Assembly: GCA_903847385.1 (NCBI GenBank)
Contig: CAINDO010000548.1
Location: forward strand, 9,918 to 73,917
Length of the DNA: 64,000 nt
Direction of reading: 5' to 3'
DNA from: an uncultured Myxococcales bacterium
GTDB lineage: Bacteria > Myxococcota_A > Bradymonadia > UBA7976 > UBA1532
Both the position numbers and the translations under genes were made by a program. Of this stretch, positions 1 through 9,211 are shown piece after piece (position 1 is the stretch's first letter; each line of letters starts with the position of its first letter). The notes beneath the pieces are model-generated. The model saw only the letters and a program-made list of their open reading frames with translations, did not search any database and was not told the origin of the DNA.

Positions 1-1472
1 TGACCCTGCAGCACCACGTTGACCAGGTCCGACAGGTACTCGCGCAGGTAGACCTTGCCCGCGAAGATCGGGGCGACCTCTTCGCCCGGGGGGAGCGGGC
101 CGGGGAAGACCTGCGTCTCGCCGAGCACGTTCTTCGTCTTGCGGAAGTAGGTGATGCTGCCCTTGAAGATCGAGCGGTCGTCCGTCTTGTAGTACGCCGG
201 CTGCTGGACACCCGCGGAGAGCCCGGGCACGAAGCGCAGGTCCGGGAACGTGTAGTCCACGCCCACGGCGCCGAAGATCTCGGGCGAGGTCTCGACCGCG
301 TCGCTCAGCGTCCCGTAGGGGTAGGCGCCCGGCGTGTCCTGAACGATGAACGCCAGGTTCCGCGCCACGACATCCAGGCTGAACGTCCACCGGCCGCTCT
401 GCACGGCCGCGTTGAGGTCGCCGGCGAAGCCATGCTCGCGCCGGGCGTTGCCCAGGCGGACGTCGCCCTCGGTGGCCTCGAGGTTCTGGCTCGTCCAGGT
501 GCCCTCGGTCGAGATCAGGTAGCCGAAGTGTTTCGGGCGCCAGTCGCGCGTCTTCAGGTCGCCGCCGACGTTGCGCAGCAGCTTGGTGTCCACGGGGACC
601 TTGGGGTCCATGCCGTCGTGCCAGGTGACCTGGGCGCTCACGCCCGTCTGCCGCAGCCAGGTGCCCTGGATGTCGCCGCGCTCCGTCGGGATGGTGCCCT
701 TGTCGAAGTAGCCGCTGCCGACCTCGAGCAGGAGCTTGGGCATCACGTGCACGCCCACACCGCCGAGGACACCGTAGATGGTCTCGCTCTCGTCCTTGTG
801 GGGGTCCGTTTCGGTGAGCGTGAACCGCTGCGTGCGGGCCATCTTGGCGCCGCCGAACGCGTACCAGTCCTGCGCCTTGTAGCCGACCATCATGCCGGGC
901 ACGTAGTTGGCCAGAAGGAAGCTGCCGCGGCCGCCCCAGGTGAGCTCCCAGGAGTACCCCAGGCGCAGGCGGTCCGAGTCGGCGGGGAAGAAGACCAGGC
1001 TCAGCCGCGAGGCCTTGCTCTTCGGATCGGCGGGATCGGGGACCTCGGCGCCGTCGAAGTGCACGGCCAGGTAGCTGCCGTCGTCCTTCAGGCCGCCGTA
1101 AGTCTTGCGGTTGCCCGTGGCCAGGTACTGCTCGGTGTCCCGCGTCATGCGGTTGGCGTCCCACTGGAGCACCAGCGCCGCCTCGGGCACCACCCGCGCG
1201 AAGTAGCCGCTGAACTCCTTGTAGAGCACCAGCTCGCCGCGTGTCTCCTCGCCCGTGTTCCGCGTGTTGTAGTTCTCGAAGAACAGGTTGTTGCCGGTGC
1301 GTGGACGAAAGTCCATGCGGGGGCTCGACGGCGAGGTCTCGCCGGCGCCGGCGAGCACGTTGTCGTCGCCGGCGACGAACGTGATCGTCGTGTCCATGAA
1401 GTCGCCGGCCAGGGCCGGACCCGCGGGCAGCGCCGCGAGCAGGCCGAGCCAGGTGAGGCGCGGGGCGCGCAT
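1..1472 (-). CDS. Predicted outer-membrane beta-barrel protein, paralog of the 1472..3016 product; the 3' end runs off the window
   Basis: Absent from the ORF track because no stop lies in the window. The ATG at 1472-1470 shares one nt with the upstream stop (TGATG). Hand translation gives MRAPRLTWLGLLAALPAGPALA/GDFMDTTITFVAGDDNVLAGAGETSPSSP..., collinear with the neighbour's mature N-terminus (GDFVDTRLVFIAGDDDFSHDAGTTVPSSP). I read the frame as open with G/C third positions at nt 3-62 and 1290-1472. The middle was not hand-checked. Confidence 0.6.
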   Translation of the reverse strand, partial: MRAPRLTWLGLLAALPAGPALAGDFMDTTITFVAGDDNVLAGAGETSPSSPRMDFRPRTGNNLFFENYNTRNTGEETRGELVLYKEFSGYFARVVPEAALVLQWDANRMTRDTEQYLATGNRKTYGGLKDDGSYLAVHFDGAEVPDPADPKSKASRLSLVFFPADSDRLRLGYSWELTWGGRGSFLLANYVPGMMVGYKAQDWYAFGGAKMARTQRFTLTETDPHKDESETIYGVLGGVGVHVMPKLLLEVGSGYFDKGTIPTERGDIQGTWLRQTGVSAQVTWHDGMDPKVPVDTKLLRNVGGDLKTRDWRPKHFGYLISTEGTWTSQNLEATEGDVRLGNARREHGFAGDLNAAVQSGRWTFSLDVVARNLAFIVQDTPGAYPYGTLSDAVETSPEIFGAVGVDYTFPDLRFVPGLSAGVQQPAYYKTDDRSIFKGSITYFRKTKNVLGETQVFPGPLPPGEEVAPIFAGKVYLREYLSDLVNVVLQG

Positions 1473-3016
1473 CAGAATTCCGCCCGGGCCATCACCGAGG
1501 CCCCGAAGGTGAGCGAGTCACCGAACTCCCGCAGCGTGTTCACCTGCAGGCGGTCCTGCACGAGCTCGGCGCGGTTGTTGTCCTGCAGCACCGTGAAGGC
1601 GCCGGTCAGCCCGAAGCCCTTGGCGAGGTCGAACTGCAGCGACAGGCGCCCGCCCAGCGTGGGCAGGATGTCCGCGCCGTCGGGCAGGATGGCCGGGTAG
1701 GTCAGGCCCATGTCGTCGAACATGTCGGCGCGGCGGTAGACCACGGTGCGCCGACCCGTGAGGACCGAGGGCGCGTGGATGCCGGCCTGCGGCACCAGGT
1801 TCGAGGCGCCGGCGGGCTGCTGGAACCCGAGCTCCAGGCCCGGCGTCAGGTGCCAGTCGGCCAGGCGATACTGGACCGACGCCGTGGCGGTCAGCTCGCC
1901 GTTGGTCTCCAGGTCGTCGGGCAGCGCCTGGAAGCGGTGCACGGCGCCCGGGCCGTTGAAGTGGATGAAGGCCAGGTCGCGGAAGATGCCGGTCAGCCCC
2001 AGCCGAAGCATGCCGATCTGCGCCTGCCCGTAAGCCGCCCCGGCCAGGCCGACCTCGGCCTTGGTGCCGCCCACGCTGTCCGGATCCTCGAGGAGCTGCT
2101 CGAGCCGAGTGGCCTCGATGGCCGCCCGCCACGCCAGCGTCTCGGGGGTCGCCGTCCACTCGGTGTAGGGCACGGAGGGGTCCGAGGTGTAGATGCGCAG
2201 GTCGTTGCCCGGCGTGAAGGGCAGGCCGTCGATGAAGGCCAGCCGCGCCGAGGCGCCCCAGGAGTTCACGGGCTCGCCGCGCACGCTGCCGTTGGGGTTG
2301 GTGCCCTTCTCGAAGTGACCGACGCCGACGTCGCCGCGGAAGCCGTCGGCCTCGTAGCCGACGCGGGCGCCGCCGAAGAAGCCGAAGAAGGCCTCGAGCT
2401 GGCCCCTTCGGGTATCTTCCTCGTCCGTGTTGTAGGGCAGGCGGCTCGTCTTCATGCCGCCGTACACCCCGAACAAGGGCTGGTCGTAGGCCACCTTGGC
2501 GCCCGGCACCGGCGACGTGCCCGGGAACACGCCGTCCCCGCCCCAGGTGATGTCCCAGAGGTAACCGAGCCGGAGGCGGTCCGACCGGAAGGGCATCAGC
2601 AGCACGTCGATCTTGCCTTCGCCGATCGTGTTCGTGACGCGGATGTACGAGCCGTCGTCCTGCAGCGCGCGCGGATCGCCGTTGAGCAGGCGCGAGTGGT
2701 TGAGCTCGAGCACGATGCCCGCCGCGGTGGTCAGGCCGGGGAAGTACCCGTCCACGGCCTTGTAGAGCACCAGCGACGTGCGGCTCTCACGGCCCGTCTC
2801 CGAGCTGTCGAGCTGGTCGTAGAACTGGTCGTACCCCACGCGCGAACCGATGTCCGTCGTGGGGCTCGAGGGCACCGTCGTGCCCGCGTCGTGCGAGAAA
2901 TCGTCATCGCCGGCGATGAAGACGAGGCGGGTGTCCACGAAGTCACCGGCGTTCGCGCTGGCCGGGAGGGCGGGCAGGGCGGCGGCGGCCAGGGCAAGTC
3001 CGAGCGTGCGGTTCAA
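1472..3016 (-). CDS. Predicted outer-membrane beta-barrel protein (family not recognised)
   Basis: ORF 1472..3346 trimmed, because its first ~110 codons are Arg/Pro-rich read-through. The TTG at 3016 has GGGAG 7 nt upstream and overlaps the upstream stop as TTGA. It gives the signal peptide (M)NRTLGLALAAAALPALPASA. The product is Gly/aromatic-rich with an alternating hydrophobic pattern and ends ...VMARAEF; a terminal Phe is typical of BAM substrates. Confidence 0.7.
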   Translation of the reverse strand: MNRTLGLALAAAALPALPASANAGDFVDTRLVFIAGDDDFSHDAGTTVPSSPTTDIGSRVGYDQFYDQLDSSETGRESRTSLVLYKAVDGYFPGLTTAAGIVLELNHSRLLNGDPRALQDDGSYIRVTNTIGEGKIDVLLMPFRSDRLRLGYLWDITWGGDGVFPGTSPVPGAKVAYDQPLFGVYGGMKTSRLPYNTDEEDTRRGQLEAFFGFFGGARVGYEADGFRGDVGVGHFEKGTNPNGSVRGEPVNSWGASARLAFIDGLPFTPGNDLRIYTSDPSVPYTEWTATPETLAWRAAIEATRLEQLLEDPDSVGGTKAEVGLAGAAYGQAQIGMLRLGLTGIFRDLAFIHFNGPGAVHRFQALPDDLETNGELTATASVQYRLADWHLTPGLELGFQQPAGASNLVPQAGIHAPSVLTGRRTVVYRRADMFDDMGLTYPAILPDGADILPTLGGRLSLQFDLAKGFGLTGAFTVLQDNNRAELVQDRLQVNTLREFGDSLTFGASVMARAEF

Positions 3017-4650
3017 GGCGAGACTCCCGACACGAAATCTTCCGGAGAGCGGGGTTCGACCACCCAGATGGTCTGGATGCCGGCCCCCGGTTGGGTCTGG
3101 CGCAGATGGCCCACGATGCGGGCGACTTTCTCGCCGGCGTGTTTCTTCACGTCGTACCCGGACTTGCCGAGCGTATCGCGGGTGCTGATGTAGATCTTGG
3201 CGGCGCACTGGGCCGGGGGCAGGCCCGCGTCCGTATCGCCCGCGGCGGGCACGCCGGCGTCGGCGTCCCCCGGGGCGGCACCTGCGACGCAGTCGAGGCC
3301 GGCGGCGAACTGACCGTACTGTTCGAGCGAGAGCTCCGAAGTGCACAGCGGATCCTCGCCGCAGGCCTTGTCGCAGGCGTCCTCGCCGAGCGTGTCCGAG
3401 GCGCCGCGCTGGATGCTGCCGTCGCCGTTGAGGTCGCAGTCGGCGAAGCGGTCACCGATGGTCACGTTCTCGATGGCCACGAGCCCGTGCTCCCAGGCCT
3501 CCATGGCGAAGTTGTCGCGCTTGCAGTCGATCTTCTGCTCATTGCGCGGCACGTTGCGCGTGGCCTGGGAGGCCGCGGCGCAGTCCGTGGGGTCGTCGAG
3601 GCCGGCGATGGGCGTGTCGCCCGGGCCGCACACCCGATAGAAGTCGTCGGGCACGACGGCGGACATGCCGGTCACGTCGGCGGCGACGATCACGTGGGGT
3701 TCGGGCAGGGCCGCGACGCCCACACGCTCCGGCTGCGTGGGGTTGCAGGGCTTGATGGTCTGGCCCTCGACCACGTGCTGCGGGTCCTCGCGGCCGTTCT
3801 CGAAGCTCGGGAAGTTGAGCTGCGAGTTGGCGATGAACTCCGCGGCGTTGCCGGCGATGGTGCACAACCGGTCGCCGATGCGCACGCCGCCCGGGTTGGA
3901 GAACGTGAACAAGAACACGGAGTTGTAGCCGTCCGGCGGGCCGTCCAGGTCCGTGACGTACATGCCCGACTGGGTGGTGCCGGTCGTGATGAGCGTGCCG
4001 TTGCGGATCGTCACGTTCTGGCCGCCGAGGGGCGTGTCCGTCGTGCAGCGGGGGCTGTACTGCAGGTCGTGGATGCGCGGCTCGGCGAAGAACAGAGAGG
4101 GTGAGATGCCCGTCGCCAGCGTGGACTTGGCCGAGGCCGGGCCGCTCGCAATCTGGCAGTCGGGATCGGCGGCGTCCTTCAGTTTGTCGCCGTCGTCGTC
4201 CAGGCCGTTGTCGCACTCGGTCAGGACGTCCTCGCCGATGTCCTCGATCCAGATGTGCGTGTCGCCGTAGGCGAAGCGCACGTCCACCGTCAGGGGGCGG
4301 CTGGGATCCGTGGGGTTGACGGCCTGGCCGTCCTTGAACTGTACGCGGCGCTGGGTGGCGTCGATCTGACCGGGGCTGACGGACACGACGGCGATGCCGT
4401 TGTAGTCCTTCAGGCGCAGTCCGGCGGAGTCGACGGCCTCGATCTCCAGGGCGATGGTGGCGGGCACGGCGCTGGGGAAGGGCAGCGGCGCGTCGGTCTT
4501 TCCGACCTGGGTGCCGCTGGGGATCGTGACGCGGAAGGCACGCAGCGGCAGCCGATGCTCCACGTACGCCTGCTCGCCACAGCCGAGCGACAGGGCGCCG
4601 GCGAGCAGGGCCAGGGCCGCGCTCGCCCGATACTTCGGTGACGCGCGCAT
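3013..4650 (-). CDS. Lipoprotein with an Ig-like N-terminal part and an OB-fold-like module resembling the substrate-binding domain of ExeM/NucH-type extracellular nucleases; no catalytic domain recognised
   Basis: ORF 3013..6819 trimmed to the ATG at 4650, which shares 1 nt with the upstream stop. The lipobox is in MRASPKYRASAALALLAGALSLGC. The segment IHDLQYSP..GQNVTIRNGTLITTG..GMYVTDLDG..SVFLFTF..VRIGDRLCTIAGNAAEFIANSQLNF matches the OB-type pattern by eye. Confidence 0.7.
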   Translation of the reverse strand: MRASPKYRASAALALLAGALSLGCGEQAYVEHRLPLRAFRVTIPSGTQVGKTDAPLPFPSAVPATIALEIEAVDSAGLRLKDYNGIAVVSVSPGQIDATQRRVQFKDGQAVNPTDPSRPLTVDVRFAYGDTHIWIEDIGEDVLTECDNGLDDDGDKLKDAADPDCQIASGPASAKSTLATGISPSLFFAEPRIHDLQYSPRCTTDTPLGGQNVTIRNGTLITTGTTQSGMYVTDLDGPPDGYNSVFLFTFSNPGGVRIGDRLCTIAGNAAEFIANSQLNFPSFENGREDPQHVVEGQTIKPCNPTQPERVGVAALPEPHVIVAADVTGMSAVVPDDFYRVCGPGDTPIAGLDDPTDCAAASQATRNVPRNEQKIDCKRDNFAMEAWEHGLVAIENVTIGDRFADCDLNGDGSIQRGASDTLGEDACDKACGEDPLCTSELSLEQYGQFAAGLDCVAGAAPGDADAGVPAAGDTDAGLPPAQCAAKIYISTRDTLGKSGYDVKKHAGEKVARIVGHLRQTQPGAGIQTIWVVEPRSPEDFVSGVSP

Positions 4651-7310
4651 CAGTTCGACACCTCGTCGTCGTCGGCCAGGAGCGCGTCCTGGTCGCAGGG
4701 ATCGGCAAAAGCCTGGGCCGCGCAGAGGTCGTTGGCGGCCTCGGGGGGCAGGCTGCACTTGGTCGTGGCGGAGTCCCACGTGCCCCCGAAGCGGCGGCAG
4801 GCCTCCTGCAGCGAGTCGTAGGCCTCGCCGTCGTTCGCGTCGGCGGGGCGGGGGAACGTGCACACGCGGGCCGTGGCGTCGTACTGGCCGCCGAGCTGAC
4901 TGCAAGCCATCGTCAGCTCGTCCGGCGTGACGCCCTCGATGCTGCAGTGGCCGCCCTGGGTATCGGCCACGTAGCGCCCGCCGAAGGCCCGGCACGAGGT
5001 GCCGAAGTCGTCGAAGAGCACGGCCTCCATGCGGTCGTCGGACTTGCCGACCACACAAGAGAGGTCGCGGCACTCGGCGTCCGCCTGAAGGAACGCCTGC
5101 ATCTTGCACTCGCAGAGGTCGCTCGGTGCGGGCAGCCCGAGGCGCGTGAGCGACGCCTTGGTCCACGACCAGGCCTGCGAGAGCGTGACCTTGAAGGTGC
5201 CGGCGGCCTCGACGACCTTGGGCACCAGGTAACACTCGTCGTGGACCTCGGTGCCGGCGGGCAGCGCCGCGGCCTGGGCGTTGATCAGTCGGCAGTAGGG
5301 CGCGAGCGCCTGGTAGACCAGGTAGGGCACGCCGCCGGCGGCGTCCATCGCGGGGGCCTCGGCCTTCTCGAACGCCGCGCACAGGATCCGCGGGTCCTGC
5401 TCGCCGCGGCCCTCGCAGAAGTTCGCGTGGTAGACCGACACGTCGTTGTAGCAGTTGGGCAGCGACTCGCAGTCGGCGGCGTCGATGTGGGCGAGCGAGC
5501 CCCGGTCGAGCTGCGTCTGTACGCGCTCGACGCACTCGGCGTCGCCCTCGCACTCCGTGATGCAGGCCTCCTGGCAGGTCGGATAGCTCTGGAAACGGTC
5601 GCTGACGGCCTCGCGAATGCTGATGTCGGTCGGCTCGCGGGCGTTGTTGAACTTCAGCACGCGGAAGCCGGAGCCGCCGCGCGAGATGTAGTCGTTGACC
5701 GCCACCTGGTAGATGCTGAGCGGGTCGATGGGCTGGCGGCTCTTCTTGTCGCAGTCCGTGAGCTCGCCCCCGGCGGCGAGGCAGGCGTCGTAGGTGACCT
5801 GGTCGCGCAGCGAGACCTCGCTGGCGAAGCTGCACTCCGGCGCGGTCTCGATGCAGTTGAGCTTCAGGTGGATGCGGTCGGAGAACTGCGCCTGGGGCTG
5901 GCAGCCGCGGCCGGAGCTGCGCCGCGCCACGAAGGACATGAGCTCGCAGATCTCGCTGCCGCTCAGGTACATCTTGGTCACGAAGTTGTCGAAGGGGAAC
6001 ACGTTGAACATCTGATCCTGGGTGATCGGACCCCGGATGATGTCCGTGCGGATGCCCAGCGTGTTCGTGAGCGCGAAGTCGGCCTGCACGCCGCGCCGGT
6101 CGGCCATGGACTCGGCGGCGATGTTGCCGAGCTCGGAGTTGGCCTTCTCGCGGCCGAAACGCGGGATCATCTTGGGCGCGTAAGCGATGAGGCGCGTCAG
6201 GTCGAACTGTCGGTTGAGCTCGAGGATGTAGGGCTCGAGGAACCGGATCGTGTCCGGATCCTCGGGGATCCCGGCGTCGATGGGGAAAAGGTTGTAGCGG
6301 TGGCTGGTGATCTCCCAGCCGAAGTACGGGTCGCCAGAGTCCTCGGCCACGATGTCGAGCCGCCCGAGGTACTTCATGAAGGCGCCGCTGTGCGTGAGCA
6401 CCACGGGCCGGCCCGCTTTGTCGTAGCGCACCTGCGGCGGGTCGAGCACCACGTGCAGGTGGCCGCCGAACACGAAGTCCAGGCCGACGGTGGCCTCGAT
6501 GACCTGATAGTCCTCGACCCGGCCCTCGTGGCCGTCGAGGCCCATGTGGCTGGTGATGCCGACCAGGTCGACGATCCCGGCGAGCTCGTCGATGTAGAAC
6601 TGGGCCGTCTGGATCTCGTCCAGCGGGGTGAAGCCCAGGTTGTTGTTGCCCTCGCCCGAGCTGTTGAGCGAGCTCAGGTTGGCCATGCCGATGATGCCGA
6701 TCTTCAGGCCGCCGGCGGTCATGATGGCGTAGGGCTTGGTGATGCGCGCCATGTCTTCGGCGCCCTTCACGTCCCGGTCCCACATGTAGTTCGCGGCCAG
6801 CACGGGGAACGTGGCCCACTTGGTGTACTGGCGGGCCAGGTTGTCCAGGCCCTTGTCGAACTCGTGGTTGCCGATCACGACGGCGTCCGCGCCGAGGCGG
6901 GACATGAACCGCGTCTCGGTCTCACCGCTGAAGGCGTTGAAGATGGGCGCGCCCTGGAAGCAGTCGCCGCTGTCCACCCAGAGCACGTTGGGGCTGCGCT
7001 CGCGCTCGCGTTTGATCAACGTGGCGATGCGGGCGGCGCCGCCGATCTGCACCAGGGGCGTCTTGGCCGCGAGGATCGGGGAGTCCGGCGCATAGTGCTC
7101 GATGAGCCGCTTGTCCGTCGCCGCGAGCTGCAGGTCGTAGGGCAGCAGGCGCGAGTGGAAGTCGGAGGTGTGCAGGAAGGTCACCTGCACCGGCTGGTCC
7201 GAGTTCGGGCGGGGCATGCCTTCCTTCGCCTGGAAACCTTCGCACCCGGAGAGGGCGGCGGCCAGGCACAGGGCGGCGAGGGGGGCGAGGCGGGGGGCTC
7301 GAAGGTCCAT
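4650..7310 (-). CDS. Bifunctional metallophosphatase/5'-nucleotidase lipoprotein (UshA-like) with a Cys-rich C-terminal extension
   Basis: ORF 4650..7412 trimmed to the ATG at 7310, giving MDLRAPRLAPLAALCLAAALSGC (lipobox). Metallophosphatase motifs HTSDFH, DSGDCFQG, GNHEFD and GGHLH are present, followed by a 5'-nucleotidase C-terminal region (LGNIAAESM..FALTNTLGIR). An extra ~300 aa with many Cys follows. Confidence 0.9.
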   Translation of the reverse strand: MDLRAPRLAPLAALCLAAALSGCEGFQAKEGMPRPNSDQPVQVTFLHTSDFHSRLLPYDLQLAATDKRLIEHYAPDSPILAAKTPLVQIGGAARIATLIKRERERSPNVLWVDSGDCFQGAPIFNAFSGETETRFMSRLGADAVVIGNHEFDKGLDNLARQYTKWATFPVLAANYMWDRDVKGAEDMARITKPYAIMTAGGLKIGIIGMANLSSLNSSGEGNNNLGFTPLDEIQTAQFYIDELAGIVDLVGITSHMGLDGHEGRVEDYQVIEATVGLDFVFGGHLHVVLDPPQVRYDKAGRPVVLTHSGAFMKYLGRLDIVAEDSGDPYFGWEITSHRYNLFPIDAGIPEDPDTIRFLEPYILELNRQFDLTRLIAYAPKMIPRFGREKANSELGNIAAESMADRRGVQADFALTNTLGIRTDIIRGPITQDQMFNVFPFDNFVTKMYLSGSEICELMSFVARRSSGRGCQPQAQFSDRIHLKLNCIETAPECSFASEVSLRDQVTYDACLAAGGELTDCDKKSRQPIDPLSIYQVAVNDYISRGGSGFRVLKFNNAREPTDISIREAVSDRFQSYPTCQEACITECEGDAECVERVQTQLDRGSLAHIDAADCESLPNCYNDVSVYHANFCEGRGEQDPRILCAAFEKAEAPAMDAAGGVPYLVYQALAPYCRLINAQAAALPAGTEVHDECYLVPKVVEAAGTFKVTLSQAWSWTKASLTRLGLPAPSDLCECKMQAFLQADAECRDLSCVVGKSDDRMEAVLFDDFGTSCRAFGGRYVADTQGGHCSIEGVTPDELTMACSQLGGQYDATARVCTFPRPADANDGEAYDSLQEACRRFGGTWDSATTKCSLPPEAANDLCAAQAFADPCDQDALLADDDEVSN

Positions 7311-7416
7311 CACGGGCAGCACCTGCGTGGGCGAAAGCGCGCGGAGCATACGGATGGAGCCCCCGTTTGCAAGCGCAGAATGGCGCCACGCGCCGCGGGT
7401 CGCGCGGGGCATCGCC

Positions 7417-8331
7417 TCAGGGGGCGGCGGGTCCCCTCGGGAGCGACACGGTCACGCGCGTGCCGGCGTCCGGGGCCGACCGGACCCACATCCGCCCCCC
7501 GAAAATCCGCGTGACGGCGTAGGCCTTCGTCAGCCCGAAACCGCCACCGGTCTGCTCCCGCCGTGCCACGTTCGAGGCGCGGCGGCCAAACTCGACCATG
7601 TCGGCGATCTCGGCCTCCGGGATGCCCCGGCCCTGGTCCGTCACCTCGACGAGGATCGCCGCCGGCGTCTCGCGAAGGACGACCCGGATCTCGTCCGGCG
7701 GGGCGGTGTACTTGCGCGCGTTCGAGGCGAGATCCCGGACGACGTCCTGCAAAACCGAGGGCATGTTCAGGCCCACGCCGTCGGACGTCTGGAAGTCGAA
7801 GCTCATCACATAGGCGTCCGGCGAGGCGTCGCGGGCGTCGTACACCACGCGGTAGCGACCCAGACTGTTGCGGGCGATGGCATCGAACACATCGCGGAGA
7901 TTGCCGGCCAGCCGCGAGGTCTCGAAATACTCCCAGCGCAGCGGGTCGTCGGCCCGCTCGATGAGCTCGATGGCGCGGACCTCGACGATGTTGAAGATGG
8001 ACTCGACGTTGTCGAGCCGACGGCGCCACTCGGCCTTGCGCGCATCCGGGATGCGCGGCTCGCAGGCCTCGAGCGCCGCCACGACCTCGGCCCGAATCTC
8101 CCGCACGCGGGTGAGACGCAGAATGGTCTCGGAGCGATCGGCCAGGCCGTCGCGCAGCGTCTGCAGCGTGTGCGCGATGGGGGCCACGGACTGGAGATCA
8201 CCGCTCGCGGCGCCGATCTGCGCGACCTGGTTCAACAACACGGTCAGCACGTTGTAGACCGAGTGCATGTCCAGCAGGCGGCTCTGCCGGTCGTCCAGGG
8301 CCAGGGGCCGCGTGATCTCGATCTCCGTCAC
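7417..8331 (-). CDS. Soluble sensor histidine kinase
   Basis: GTG start at 8331, 11 nt after the response-regulator stop. HATPase_c motifs are the N-box SNARKYT, G1 DQGRGIP and G2 GGGFGL. A candidate H-box is IAHTLQTLRDGL. No TM segment is seen. Confidence 0.85.
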   Translation of the reverse strand: MTEIEITRPLALDDRQSRLLDMHSVYNVLTVLLNQVAQIGAASGDLQSVAPIAHTLQTLRDGLADRSETILRLTRVREIRAEVVAALEACEPRIPDARKAEWRRRLDNVESIFNIVEVRAIELIERADDPLRWEYFETSRLAGNLRDVFDAIARNSLGRYRVVYDARDASPDAYVMSFDFQTSDGVGLNMPSVLQDVVRDLASNARKYTAPPDEIRVVLRETPAAILVEVTDQGRGIPEAEIADMVEFGRRASNVARREQTGGGFGLTKAYAVTRIFGGRMWVRSAPDAGTRVTVSLPRGPAAP

Positions 8332-8342
8332 GGGGTCGGGCC

Positions 8343-9032
8343 TCAGGTCGCCAACTGGTCCACCAGGAAGGCGCGCAGGCGCTCCCGGGCGTCACCGTTG
8401 AACGTCTCGAACACCAGCCGATGCTGGCCGCCACCGACGGCGCCGGCCATGCGGGCGCCGACGCGCAGCGGGGCGGTCTCGCCGGGGATGAGGAACTCGA
8501 GGTCGAGCGGCGTACCCTGCCGGAGCGGGGCGTCGAGCTGCACCAGGGCGCCGGCGTCGCCGACGTTGAGCGTGCGACATTGCGTCAGCGCAGTCCCGCC
8601 GAGGGACAGCGCGACCTCCAGGCGCAGCGGCACGCGCAGGCCCCGCACGGCCTCTTGCTGCATGAAACCCTTGAGCACCGCGCCGAGGGCGACCACCTGC
8701 TCGAAGGTGAAGGGCTTGCTGAGCATCGCCGTCGCGCCCAGGCCGAAGGCGCGCTCCCGCGTCGGTGTGGGATCCTCGCCGGTGATGAGCGCGATGGGCA
8801 CACGACTGTTCAGCACCGAGGCCCGTGTCTGCTCGATGACCGAGAACCCATCGAGATCGGGCATCTCGATGTCGAGCAGCGCGCCGTGGATGCGATTCGT
8901 CGCGATGCAGGCGGCGGCCAGGACCGGGTCGGTGAACGTCAGCAGCCCGTCCGGGAACATGGGTTCCAGCAGCAGGCGCAGCAAATCGACGACCTCTTCC
9001 TGGTCGTCGAGGACCAGAAGCTTCAATCCCAT
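8343..9032 (-). CDS. Response regulator: receiver domain fused to a PilZ-like domain
   Basis: ORF 8343..9095 trimmed to the ATG at 9032 (MGLKLLVLDD). Receiver features are the DD pair, LLDIEMPDLDG and SKPF. The C-terminal half has the PilZ-like motifs RVPLR and NVGDAG, where the Ser of D/NxSxxG is replaced by Gly. Confidence 0.85.
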   Translation of the reverse strand: MGLKLLVLDDQEEVVDLLRLLLEPMFPDGLLTFTDPVLAAACIATNRIHGALLDIEMPDLDGFSVIEQTRASVLNSRVPIALITGEDPTPTRERAFGLGATAMLSKPFTFEQVVALGAVLKGFMQQEAVRGLRVPLRLEVALSLGGTALTQCRTLNVGDAGALVQLDAPLRQGTPLDLEFLIPGETAPLRVGARMAGAVGGGQHRLVFETFNGDARERLRAFLVDQLAT

Positions 9033-9211
9033 GGGCACCCTCGCCAAGCGTGACCGCGCAGGACCATTCGTAGCCTGCGGACGACGCCCGGGCAAACGAA
9101 AACACAGGGTGATCTACAGAAGAACTGGAGTGATATCCGGGAAGGACTGGAGGGCGATCGGCGGGTTCCCGGAGGGCGGGCGGCGGGGCGCGGGGAGAAT
9201 CGCAGCGCGGC

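Noticed and set aside
3013-6819. Very long 5' extensions of real genes in the ORF track (also 14017..17484, 31584..34010, 18348..19826, 19421..20350, 1472..3346)
   Set aside because: The extensions run through the upstream gene in another frame and encode Arg/Pro/Gly-rich sequence. Internal starts give signal peptides or lipoboxes, or conserved N-termini, and fall on 1-8 nt overlaps with the upstream stop.
7311-7416. Sigma-54-like string TGGCGCCATTCTGCG on the minus strand upstream of the nucleotidase operon
   Set aside because: The GG-to-GC spacing is 9 nt rather than 10, and the -12 region lacks TTGC. It is not a credible -24/-12 promoter.
4638-7514. 958-aa plus-strand ORF. Similar long ORFs occur at 432..1700, 10954..12909, 16454..18478, 19363..22653, 22635..24275, 27089..29944, 54031..56811 and 56715..58244.
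   Set aside because: All are mirror images of genes with strong motif support on the other strand (5'-nucleotidase, MTHFR fusion, S1, AmmeMemoRadiSam/ABC1, Cys-rich lipoprotein, FGE lipoprotein, kinases). They are compositional artefacts of high GC.
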